A DNA stretch of 60,867 nt, counting the filler, from Sluysia triapertura (lineage: Eukaryota): the NCBI GenBank assembly GCA_046118255.1. It is 5 parts of 5 records of this genome, joined end to end, with 100 filler letters (N's around TTAATTAATTAA, not from the genome) between each part and the next. Parts side by side here need not be neighbours in the genome. Positions count along the whole stretch, not along the records: positions 10,865 to 23,067 come from JBJNIA010129627.1; positions 23,168 to 37,533 come from JBJNIA010262395.1; 3 more parts are not named here. One strand, 5' to 3'. A model generated the notes under the pieces. That model searched no databases, was not told the DNA's origin, and saw only the letters and a list, made by a program, of their open reading frames with translations. Shown piece after piece: positions 12,212 to 24,726 of the stretch. The position numbers and the translations under genes were made by a program. Within the stretch, counting starts at the first letter, position 1, and each line of letters starts with the position of its first letter.

Positions 12212-15200
12212 AACTAATATAATATAAAAGTGTCGTTTTCAATTTAAAGGGGGAGTACAAAAGTATAGTTTAACGACGCAAAATAAATTCTATTTTTATT
12301 TCATAAACTACTTAAAATGAATGTAAAAACATTAAAGAGTATTTATGTATGCAAGAAATACATGTACATATAGGCTTCACAGGCGTTACGTATATTTAGA
12401 TCTAATATGAATTGATATCTTTGATAGAAATAGTGTTAAATAAGTTGTCAGGATAAAATGAAAAATCAGTGAACAGGTTATCAAACTATATATCGAGTGT
12501 GTTCGAATCCCACTTATGGTGAAACTTTTAAATTGATACACGTCGGTGTGAATGATGTTAGTGTATCGTTGATTTCTGTCCAAAAAATAAATATAACGGT
12601 ATTGTAATTAATTAAATTATACATTTTGTGCAGTTAGATTATATTTTTGCTTACGGAGAACATTCTATAAAAGTTACTTATAATTTTAACTTACACATGA
12701 AATAAAAGATTTAAATTTTCATTTTTAATGTCGTTTTCAATTTAAGGAAGAAGTGCTTCTTGAAAACATTACTATCTCAAATTATTGATGAATTTATCGT
12801 ATATCTGGAAGTAATAAAAATGTTGAAGATATCCATTATCCATGAGTTAATGATATGATATGGTTTTTACTATTGCTAATTATAATTCATACTTCCTTCT
12901 GATGGTAATTCTTTAGCTGTGTTTAACTTTATCTTAATACAATCTGAAATTTTATTTCTGAAGAACTTTTTCATTAGTTTACTTAGTTGTACTAATTCAA
13001 GCACTAATTTGTCAGTTATATTTCAATCTATTTGTACCTCTCTACTAGATTTTTTATTAATCTCATAAAATTGATTAATTTTTAGTAAAATTAAAATGTT
13101 GATTAAGGCAACTGAAAATTTTTGTTTTGTGTGGTACTACACTATACATTTATTGTAAGAATTTACTCAAAGTAAGTAATAAATAGACAAAAATAAAACA
13201 AATGTTAATAATATTAAGATAATTTAATAATTATGCAAATCAAATTTTATTAATAAGTTAGAAGTAGCTTTAAGGCACCATTGAGAGATTTTGAGTGGAT
13301 TTTATTCTTTGTGTTAAATAACGATAAAATTTAGTAAAATAAACTTATTTCGATCTTCCACTTGGAATCTTGACGCGACTTTTTGGTATCATACCAATAA
13401 GGATAGTGTATGTAATTCAACTTTATTACAATCACACCAACGAAATAAGTTACGATTTAAAAGCTGAGAAAATGATGGTCAAATTGGACACTAATGATAT
13501 TCTTCTTTAGAACTTGTATAATTTAACCAAATGAAAGCACTAAATAAGATTTATCATCAATTTTTGTACAGACATTTTCCTACTTTATTACGATAAAAAA
13601 ATTATAAAAGATGTCGGTTATTTTAAATTAACTTCTGGTCTAACTTGTTAAATTTTTATAGTAATATAACGCATGAATCTTCCTTTAATAAACACTTTAT
13701 ACAATACTTTTCTATAAAATGTGTGACATCTCCAAATATCATCTATTTTATAAAAATATTTCCTGAAAATTAATATGGGTGTTAAGGATCATAACAGATA
13801 CGGTCAAATTAAAACATTCTTACTAACAATGGGTCGTCTTGGCATGCAGTATACATATTTATCGGCAGCAATATTTCATGTGCCGTTAATCTTTCCGAAG
13901 ATGCAGAGTGCCTGTTGAAAAGATAGTCACTTCGGTAGCTTTGGTTATTATCCGCACAATTTAAATCAATAAATAGCTGATTTAAACGGCTCTACTCTTT
14001 TACCTCTAAGCGATTTCACGCGCTATTTAACTCTATCTCAAAGTTCTTTTAAACTTTCTCTCACGATATTTGTTTATTATCGGACTCAGACAAGTATTTA
14101 TTCTTAAATGGAATTTATCATCAAACTTGGACTGCATTTCCAAACAATCCTACTACTTTGGAAAATATCAATGACAATCTCGTTAACTCGCACAGGCCTG
14201 GCACCCAACGTTCCCTCCAACAAAGTACTAACTGTGTTCAAATATTAAACGCAAGGGAAAACATTTGTATCTGTCTGGGCAAATTTTTAAAATTTATAAT
14301 ATTTGTACATTGTAATTTGTTAATCCTGAATTTATTAAATTTAATATAAAATATTTATGTTCATATTAATTTGCAAAACGCTGTAAATTAATTTTTATTT
14401 GTAAAATAATGTGTCTGCTTTAATATACTGCGCTTGCGTGTGCAATCTACTGCGTGTCGCTCAGCTTAGAGAAACATTCCTGGCCCCCTCTAGGGACATA
14501 TGGCATTCGAGCGAATTTCAAGTTAACTTAACTGTCAAAGATATAATCTTATCCACCACAACTCCAAATCCTATCTAAAGGTAAGATTTAGTGTAGGGAT
14601 AATTCCCGGTCGTTCGTCGCTATCGAGGAAATCCTTCTTTGTTTCTTTTACTGCACTTAATGATATGCCTAAATCGAGATCCGGAAATGAGATAGTGAGT
14701 GTGACACATAATGTACACATTGTGAACACTATTGATGATTATGATCATCATTCATTAGTGACGATATCATATATTGTCACAATATATAACAATTTATATA
14801 TATTAATCACTAATAATATTTTAAGTGATTCCAAAAGATGTAATGTCCTTGGACGTTGATGAAATACTTTGCTATACAAATTCTTGTATATTTCAGAAAT
14901 ATTATGAATGATATATTTTAGGCGTTTTTGAGTATTTATTTTATAATATTTATTTGACCTATAGAATTCAATATATAATATATATTACATGTTAAACATT
15001 ATAATAATAATAATTATAAATAATAATCATAAATAATAATAATAATACTTTTCAAAAAATGTAAATGTCGTGGGACTTATTTTATTAAACTATATAAAAA
15101 ATTATTTGTTTGTATGGTTCATAACTTAATTTTTTTATACATAAAATTTGAAATTAATATTTAAATCATATTTAAATTTTGTATAAAATCTTTTAATACA

Positions 15201-15319
15201 ATTTTACATAAAAAACGAAAATAATTTTGTAAATTAATTTTCTTTTTTGATGTTATAAAACATATCATTTTTATTACTTTACATTTTTTTTAATTTGTGA
15301 TATCATTTCCATAGTAAAA

Positions 15320-18300
15320 ATGAATATTGGTGATGGATATACAAAAACATTTAATATACCTATAAATCATTTGGATTTTGAATATATAAGAAATTGTAGT
15401 AATGTTTCAGAATTAGAAAAAATTTATCTCACTTTAAAGTAATAATAATAATCGCATTAAATCATTAGGATTGGGGAAGAAGGTGTGTTTCCAGATTTAC
15501 AGAATTTTTGTGAAGAAAAATTGAAAGCACTTTGTCCACAAAGGTTTTTTTATGTTTTACTTATATAATTAGTCGAGCATTACGAAAAGCTGAAACGGTT
15601 AAGAAAATTAATGAATTAGATGATGAAACAAAAGCTGAAATAACTAATGATGTTAATGAATTTATTCAAGAATGTCAAAAATCATCTGATGTGCCTAAAG
15701 AAATATTTAATTCTAGTGGGGACAAATCAATTGATATTCCAATTCGTGGAAAATCAATACTAAAAGAAAAAGTAGAATTATTTTATGATTTTATAAAATG
15801 TTTAGAAGAACACTGGTACTTTAAAATCTTGTGTACCAAAAGATTATAACCAATGGAATAAGTAATTTTTTGTAATTTTATACTTGTTTTAGGATTGTAG
15901 CAAATTTGGATAAAGAAATTATTGATGAAGATGAGGAAAAGTCTGCTAAATCAAAAAATTCAACAGATAAACAAACGATACCAATTGTAAAAGAAATTTC
16001 ACATAATGTTGATACTAGAGGAATGTCAGATATAGAAAAAGGAAAAAAAGCAATATTAGAAAAAGAAAAGGGAAATGAAGTATTTTAAGTGTAAACATTA
16101 AAATTTTATTTCTTACAGTCATTCAAATCTGGTGATTATAAAGAAGCATTGATATATTACAATCGTTCATTGTCGATTACACCATCATCTTTGGTTTACA
16201 ATAATCGAGGATTTGCATGTTCGTTTAACATTTAATTATAAACGTGATTACGTTATAAAAAATATAGTATAATTTGACACAAGTATATGTAATATCATAT
16301 ACAAATTCTGAGATTAAAACTAATTTTAAATTAAATTTATATTCAAATTCAAAATTTTGCTACTTATACCGTTGTAACCATCATAAAGCGTCTTTGTTAT
16401 AGTGAATTCAGTTTGATAGGACAAAATACTGGCTATACAACCACAATATAAGATCGAAACACATTTAAGTTATTATAGATTAATAATAACTTAAATGTGT
16501 TTCGATCTTATATTGTGGTTGTATAGTCAGCATTTTGTCTATTAGTTATTTGTAGACATCGTTTTGACTATGTATTTTCTCTACATTATAATTCTAACCA
16601 CGTACTTTATTCAAATATGTCCATGTTAATATTCATATTTTCCGTGTTTTATATACTTTTTGGGTACTACTTAAGTGTGATGAATTCTCGTCTTTGTTTC
16701 TTTATTTTTATTTTTATTCTAAATTTCTAATTATTATGTCTTTAATTCATTCTAACTTGTCATGGATTTTCGGAATTATAAAATAAGGAATGGAAAAATC
16801 TATCCTAAATATTAATTAAGTTTTGTCTGCAATGCAAAAAAATTATTTTTAAATTTTATTTACAGTCAAAAATTAAATGTCTCGAAAGCAAATAAAAAAT
16901 ATTATGTAATTAAAATAAAATCATCAATGTGTCGATGATATATATTAGTTAAAATTGGGAAGAAAACGAAATATTTATTAATAAAGCAAATAACAAAGTG
17001 AAAAACGCGAAACATAATGTGCTTATCGCCATATTTGATTAACTGGAGTCGATCAAGTGTTTTCAACACTACTTCAACCATCACAATTAGTTCTTCAAGG
17101 TTGTCTGGGGAATTTTATCGGAGTATATTACTTTTTATGTAGACTGTCGGCAAATTTGAAGCCTGATAATAGTACTGTATAATCTCAGTTTTTGTTTGTC
17201 TCCATTTTACTAAAATGGAAGAGGCAGTAATGATATATATGATTTATGAAAATTATAAGAAACTGATTAATTAACCAATGAAGTGAGAAGGATTATAATT
17301 TATCAGTAATTATAGTATGCACAATAATCAATAAATTATCAAAATAATAAAAGAACGAAATAGTTTAAAATAGGTCAAAAACTATCATAATTTAAATCAG
17401 ATATTAAATCGTAAATGTAAAATTTTTCTTCTACTAAGTCTTTAAATATTTATGCGTTATTTCTTTGGCTTTACTTTATTAAACTTTCGTCAAATTCAAA
17501 TATGCTTAAATACTGTTTTATACTTTATAAGTTTTGCGCGTTGATAATTTGTCTACAATTGAGAATTTTTTAAAACCAGACTGAAATTGGGAAATTAAAT
17601 TCTGATTTATCGTCGATGTGGAATCAATATTTATATTTATTTACGACCAATCAAATTTTAGCAAAGCAAAATTTAAGAAAATTTTATTACTATTGTAATA
17701 AAAGTCTGAGTTATAAAACTCTATCTTTTTTTAATTAAATTCGTTATACATTTGAGTAATAACTTTTACTTACTTTCAAATTATTTGTAGTATAACTTCT
17801 AATTTAAATCTCTTTAAATTATTCGAACTTCATACTTATTGTAATAATCGGAGGCCTACTTGTTTCTGATGCAAGAATTAGAAGTACCAATAAATTATTA
17901 AATTTTCTAAGTCTCAAGAAAAAACTAGCTAAGATTTATAAAGAATAACGACAAAAATGTAATAAATAAGGAAATGCTTTTGTAAAATTTTTACACTATT
18001 TCGAAATTTATATTCCATGTAATCTATAAAAGATGTGTTTATTTTATTTTATTCATCGGAATAAGCTGAGTCCGATGATTAGACTAAATTACTTTAATAA
18101 TTTATTTGAACCAAATACCATGTTATTCCAATAAATGATTCGATTTACGCATGTGTGACTTGGAAAATGAACCTCTTTATAAAGTGTTTTTTTGGTATTT
18201 TATTCTAGCCAAAAATTCATTTAGTGTTCTCTCCAAGATAGTCACTTCTTAATCAATTTATTTCTATAATTAATTACGTTAGTCAATTTTGATTGATAAT

Positions 18301-21300
18301 AAAACACTTTAATCTCATTACGTATGTTTTTGCTCTTGTTTGGTCAATTTCTGCAACATAATAGTCAATCACGATCTATAATTTCTATAAGATATTTACA
18401 TCCACATCGATCTGTAATATAGCTAATATTACACTATAGTTATTTATATCCTCCTTAATTCAATAGTACTCAATAATTTTATACTGTCAATAGTAAGTAT
18501 ACATTTATAATATTTATAGTATTACAATATTGTTATTATTTTCAATTACCATTCGGGTAAAATTGGTGCACCATTCCGTTTTAGTCTAACATGGCATACT
18601 ATTTTATTGACAGTATTAATTTTTTAATGAATATTGTGAATGCTATTATGAATCATTCATGAATATTGTGAATCATTCTTGTGTTATTTTCTACAATAAG
18701 AAAAATTGAATGATTAAATTGAAGAAAAGGAAAGTATATGTGCATTTATAATTACTAAAACAAATATTATTTTCAGATATGAAATTAAATATGTGGAAAG
18801 AAGCCGTCAAGGATTTCAGTTCTACTTTAAAAATGGAACCCGGTAACATTAAAGGTGTAGTTCGTTATTATTTTAAAGTGTCATCAGAAATTAAAGAAAT
18901 TTGTTTATATTTCAATGTAAAATGATTAAAATATTCCATAAAGAGAAATTTGAGTGAGTTCTTTGTGAGTAATTGTGCCACTTAATTTGTTTTTATTAAT
19001 GAATTTATAACATCTTGAAACTATCTTATAATTGTGAAAAATTTAACAATAATAATAATAATAGTTATAGTTTTAGTTACAATTATAATCAGGGCCAGAT
19101 CTAGAGTTATCGAACGACCCGGGCAAAACAAAATTTGGCGCCATTTCAAACAAGAATATACAAATTTACTGCGAATTAAAAAAATAGTAAAAAAGCCAAA
19201 AATTACACAATAAAGAACTGTGCAAAAATTTATTTATTTAAAAAATATTATAATAGTTATTTACATACAAGCGATACAACATATGAAAACATAGCGAGGG
19301 CTTTTGAAGTTTGAGTGACGAAGGGGCGAGAACTTTGAAAAGTAAGTTATGCTATTCCTGTTGCATACGTGTGACAAACAAGATTTTTTGTAATACTATT
19401 TGTCAAAAATTCAATAGCATAGTTAATTAAATTAATTTTTTTGTTGAAAATCAGTTTGCAGTTTACAATATTAAAATAATTAGCGTTGTGACCTTCATTT
19501 GGTATTATTAAAGAAAAAAATTTATTGCTTGCTAAAAAAGGTTGATGTCTCATAAAAATGATCGATTTTAATTTATAAAATCTAAAACAATAATAAATGT
19601 AAAAAATATTTTCTTTATATCGGTAGTCGCCAAGTTTTCCCGCCCCTTTAACAGACGCTGTTTGCATCACACAATACAAAATAACGCAAATCCAATACAA
19701 AACATTTTAATCGAAGAAATATGACAAAGAAGTCAATTCGAGCCTTCTATTCTAACTACAAATTGAAAAATATTAGTGTTAAAATATCAGTGTTAACGTT
19801 CACCCACCTCGGTCTGAAGTACACTTATTGTTAAAAATCTAATAAAACTTTATTAGTAGTTTGAGATGATTCTTTAATAAATTGTCGAATTTTCTGTTAC
19901 AAATACATTTGAAAGAAGAAAATATTTTAATAGTTATAGTTATAATAATAAATTAATTTCTATAACGAAATTTTAAAAAACTGTTGTTTATTAGTATGAT
20001 GATTATTCTTTAAGACTTGTATGAGTTTTAGGTTATTTATTAACTAACCTAACGTTGAAGTTATTCACAAATNNNNNNNNNNNNNNNNNNNNNNNNNNNN
20101 NNNNNNNNNNNNNNNNNNNNNNNNNNNNNNNNNNNNNNNNNNNNNNNNNNNNNNNNNNNNNNNNNNNNNNNNNNNNNNNNNNNNNNNNNNNNNNNNNNNN
20201 NNNNNNNNNNNNNNNNNNNNNNNNNNNNNNNNNNNNNNNNNNNNNNNNNNNNNNNNNNNNNNNNNNNNNNNNNNNNNNNNNNNNNNNNNNNNNNNNNNNN
20301 NNNNNNNNNNNNNNNNNNNNNNNNNNNNNNNNNNNNNNNNNNNNNNNNNNNNNNNNNCCGAAGAGCAAATTGTTATTACGAAATCCACGAATTAAAATCT
20401 TGTATCGTGGATTGCAAAAAGATTCTTTCTCAGGATCCAGACAATAAAATAACCCAAGTTAGTTAAATCGTTTATTTGTTAATTAATCGCCAGTTTTTAA
20501 ACAAATATTAAAATAACAAAATATAATCATTTAACAATTGACCGATACCAAACATTGTACTACTCTTTGTTTATTCCAAGAAGGTTTTTCTAGCATTTTG
20601 GATCGTTTTGAAAGCGAAACCAAACAATTTTTAAATTGTGAATTAACAAAATGATAGTTGTAGGATGTATCTAATATCACTGCTTGTATAAATATCTTAT
20701 GATTGTGTATATGTATGTATAACCGAACCGCAAACTTAAATAAAAATTAGATATCAAAAACGACAAATGTAATTTCTTTTTTATGTCTTTTGTGTTACTT
20801 TCGCTACTATTCATTTCCTCATCTTCTTCATGCCCTAAATGAGGATGACCCGGATAAACGATTAGAATTTGGTGAGAATTTTATACAGTTTTGTGGAGTA
20901 TCACCAGATTTTCCAGACTGCATCTTATGGAGCGATGAAGCTTGCTTCTAACTGAATGTTAACATACACAGTGTGTTTATTGGGACAGTGAGAATCCCCA
21001 TCCTATTATTGAAACGGAAGTCAATGTTCCTGGAGTCACATTCTGAGCTGTAATCGGCATCACTGGCCTAGTTGGTCCATTATTCTTTGAAGGAACTGTT
21101 AATGCTGAACGTTACCTCGATATGTTGAAGACTAAAGTGTTTCCTAATGTTAATGAGTTCCCCCATTTCTGTCATCTTCATTTTCAACAAGATGTTCGAC
21201 AATGGCTTGATGAAACATTTCCTGGACATTGGATTGGACTCAGAGGACCAATCGAATGGCCTGCCATATGCCAGGAGTTTTTCTATGGGGAGTTCTAAAG

Positions 21301-21781
21301 AACGCAGTTTATGCTAAAAAGCGTAGGACAATTCATCAATTAAAACAAAGTATTCAGAACGAATGGAACCAAATTTCAGAGGAAAGTTGCCAGAAAGTAT
21401 GTCGTAGTGTTGTCAAAAAATGTGCTTATATTGACGTTCAAGGTGGACATTTGTAAATCCTAAATATACCTATTAAATTTGTCGTTTTTGATATCTAATT
21501 TTTATTTAAGTTTGCGGTTCGGTTACTTTTGGGATACCCTATATATTTACTTATATATTTATTCTTATACCTTATATATTTATTACTGTTTCAAAAATAT
21601 ATTCAAAATTAATCACTTATTTTATTAGAATTTGTTGACAAAAGCTGAAGAAGAATTACAAAGACGAAACGAACCCCGTTTAAAAGGTGGAAAACGAATG
21701 GTGATTACTGAAGAAGATTCCGAAGAAGGTGATGAAGAAGAAGAAGAAGAAGAAAATGATACTGATCGTGATAAAGTTAAT
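15320..21781 (+). CDS. SPAG1: Sperm-associated antigen 1 (TPR dynein-assembly co-chaperone), 5' part: exons 15320-15438, 15469-15543, 15573-15771, 15806-15860, 15893-16079, 16119-16218, 18778-18854, 21629-~21781
   Basis: N-terminus TKTFNIPINHLDFEYIRNCSNVSELEKI..LKIGEEG.FPDL..FCE, then PKDYNQW, TPR repeats EKEKGNESFKSGDYKEALIYYNRSL and YNNRGFAYMKLNMWKEA, then KGGKRMVITEEDSE; all characteristic of SPAG1. One TPR exon and the 3' part are not visible (gaps). Confidence 0.9.
16420..16539. repeat. Near-perfect 57-bp-arm inverted repeat with 6-nt loop in a SPAG1 intron
   Basis: Arms 16420-16476 and 16483-16539 are reverse complements apart from 2 substitutions. Confidence 0.95.
16990..17150 (-). 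mobile_element. Tc1/mariner transposase C-terminal remnant
   Basis: Minus frame YIKSNI...PDNLEELI...DRLQLIKYGDKHI resembles the mariner-type C-terminus (LK.KVY...P..LEEL...RL......G.H). Confidence 0.5.
19090..19145 (+). mobile_element. hAT-like/MITE terminal fragment
   Basis: cagggccagatctagag...ccgggcaaaac...ggcgcc resembles CAGGGCCGG-type hAT termini. Confidence 0.4.
20720..21541 (+). mobile_element. Internally deleted Tc1/mariner (Tc3/maT-like) element with TIRs
   Basis: ~50-bp TIRs (taaccgaaccgcaaacttaaataaaaattagatatcaaaaacgacaaat and its reverse complement at 21477-21525). Internal frames HALNEDDPDKRLEF, ILWSDEACF, GPLFFEGTVNAERYLDML, FQQD, FPGHWIG.RGPIEWP and FLWGVLKNAVY carry stops and frameshifts. 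Confidence 0.93.
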
Positions 21782-22339
21782 GTACTTTTTAATTACTATA
21801 TTGTTTATTAATATTATATCATATTATTATGATTTCATTTATTTTAATTAAATTATTTATCACAATTATAATTTATAATTATAATTTTGTTGCAAATTAT
21901 TACATTAATGACAATTAGTCATTATATTTACAACCGAATATTAACGATGTTCTACATAGAATGTCACAGCAAAAATCATTTTATGCTTTTTGTATGGAAC
22001 AATAAATGACGTAAATTAAAAGAGAAGGTCCAATAAATAATGTTAATTAATGAGTTATTTTAGCTTATCATAATAAGTGTTATATATGGTTTCAATAGTG
22101 CTACAGCGAGTATTGTACTACTATTGGATTTCCAATTGGTTGGCTCTAGTTTAAGTAACAATCCACTTTATTGTATGGTTGTGAAATACTGGAAGGTGCA
22201 GCAGATCCACATATGAAACATGCAGTACATTTTCATTCAAATTATTTTAATTGGATCATGTAAAAATCCTACGCCTAGGGTAGAATTTGTGAAGTTTATT
22301 TAACAAAATTGAACCTTCTAATTAAAGTCTAATAGAATA

Positions 22340-22618
22340 ATTTTAAAACCTATTATTCAAGATGAATGGAGGGCCTATAATAAACTTGAAGTTTTGAGAT
22401 ATGAACACCAAACAGTTAATAATTCAGTTAACTTTGTGGAACCAGTTGCAGGTGCTCACATTCAAAACATAGAATCTTATTGGGCTAAAAGCAAAAGAAT
22501 GATGGGTATCAAGAAGGAATTTTTACAGGATTATTTAAATGAAATTATGTGGAGAGATAACGTTAGAGGAGAGAGTTTTGAAAAAACTTTAGAATTAATA
22601 AGAGATGTTTATCAATAA
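22340..22618 (+). mobile_element. Merlin/ISXO2-like (IS1595 family) transposase remnant
   Basis: IIQDEWRAYNKL...HQTVNNSVNFVEPVAGAHIQNIESYW...LQDYLNEIMWR matches the ISXO2/Merlin DDE C-terminal motifs. Confidence 0.88.
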
Positions 22619-22994
22619 AAGTAGTTTATTGTTTGAAATTATTTATGTTTAGTTTTTAAAATTATTTTTGTGGGAGGGGGCAGAATTTTTTACAAGATCC
22701 CTTTAATTCATTACATACAATTTTATAAATTTGCTTAGATTTTTAAGGAAGTTACATTTTTAATTTTTCGTGCTGATACTGTATCGGCAGTTTCAACATC
22801 TTCCTTACATAATTATACCATTTCCTTTGCTTCATCATTTGTACAAAGAATCTACTTCCATTGGATAATTTATCACAAATAAAATTTACTAAACAGCAAA
22901 TAAATCGCATTTGTTATTTGTAAAAGTGCTTCTTTTAAAATGAACTTATTTAATAAAATGTTTGTAATCTATCCACAAGATCCCCAACATCGAA

Positions 22995-23067
<73 letters not shown>

Positions 23068-23194
23068 NNNNNNNNNNNNNNNNNNNNNNNNNNNNNNNNN
23101 NNNNNNNNNNNTTAATTAATTAANNNNNNNNNNNNNNNNNNNNNNNNNNNNNNNNNNNNNNNNNNNNTAAAGTTTTAAAGTTATTCACATTTTT

Positions 23195-23243
23195 CTTCCC
23201 ATGGGGGGTAAAATTACCCCCCAGGTTGACTGACAAAGGTTAA
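23195..23243. mobile_element. piggyBac-like terminus
   Basis: Subterminal palindrome gggggtaaaattaccccc followed by ...aaggTTAA. Confidence 0.5.
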
Positions 23244-24726
23244 ACAGAACCTACCGAAAAATATTAATTTTATAAATCAGTTTTATATATCGAAAATAGT
23301 CAATAGTACGGATTTTTAAAATATATTTAAATTATGTAAATTGTAGATATTTTGCTTCTAATCCGATTTAAAAAGGTCAGCGAAAGTTTAGTTTATATAT
23401 TACAGCGTGTTTAATTTAGTTAATTAACAAATAAATGTTTCGACAATTGAAAATACAGTTAGAAGTTTATAATGTGTATTACGAATATGCTGAGATAATA
23501 AGTTTACAATATTTACAAAGTACACTTCAAATAATAGTATCAACCATGTAATAGGTTGATAACTTTATAATATTTATGAAAATTTTTTATAACCAAATTA
23601 CTTTCTGTAGTTTTTTGTTGAAATTATTAATACAAAAATAATAATTAGAAAATATTAAGTTTAAATAGTACTTTTATGCAAAACCGAATTAAATAGTTTT
23701 ATTTTGGAAATAATGATTAAATAAAATATATTAAGTGAATTTTGTTACACGATTAAACCCGTGGATATCTTACAACTAACGATCCGTAAAAAATTAAATG
23801 TAATTTAACAGTAATTAAAGTTGTTGAAGATTAAATTAATTCTTTTAATCTTTACTCCACAAATTTTAATACACCAATTCAACTGACTGTAAATCCAGTT
23901 AATCTATTTATGTGAAAATGTGTTGTGAATGTAATAGTTTAGTATCTGCTATTTATACTACAAAATACTGACCTTAATATTAAAGTTACTAATTATATTT
24001 ATTGAAAATTATGATTTAAAATATTAATATTAAAATTAAATTAAACAATTTAATTTAGACAGATTATATATTTTTTATTGATAAACTTATAAAATTAATT
24101 ATTAATAATGTCATATATAAAATAATACATATGGAAATATAGTATGTAATAATAATAAAATATAAAATACAAAAATAACAAAGTACACAGTAGGGTAGTA
24201 CAATAGACCATGACAATATTATAAACACTAATTTATTTCGATTTTCTCCATAAAAATATAAATTCTTCTATTTATCATATATTAGTAAAAAGTTTGTACC
24301 AGAATATAAATTATAAAAAACAATTTTGACTTGCGAATACCTTTTCTTACTTCAATTCAGTTCTTTCTTTTCGCCATTATAAATACTAAAACAAGTTTTT
24401 TAAACTATCTTTAAATGAAAGTAAAATTTAACTAACCCTTCTAATTTATTATAACAATATCTAAGACTGTGTAGTCTAATAAAATTAAATATATATCATT
24501 TACTTAATCGAGGAGTTTGTTTTACTGAGCTAAAAATACCTCTATCAATAATATGGTTTTTAAAATAATCAAAATAATAGTTTATACTTTAAAGTAATAT
24601 ATTGTATTATGAAGATAATTTCAAATATTGTAACCTGCTAAATATATATATTAAAGATGTATATATATAATTAAAGATGTGAACAACAATCAAATTGTTA
24701 TTTGATAAAGTAACTTGTTTTCTTAC

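Noticed and set aside
12495-12520. tRNA-like B-box gttcgaatccc (similar motif at ~24968)
   Set aside because: No A-box or cloverleaf could be built; at most SINE debris.
20033-20447. ORF-track entries made of X residues (also 33119-33470 and 45286-45549)
   Set aside because: Artefacts of translating N gaps.
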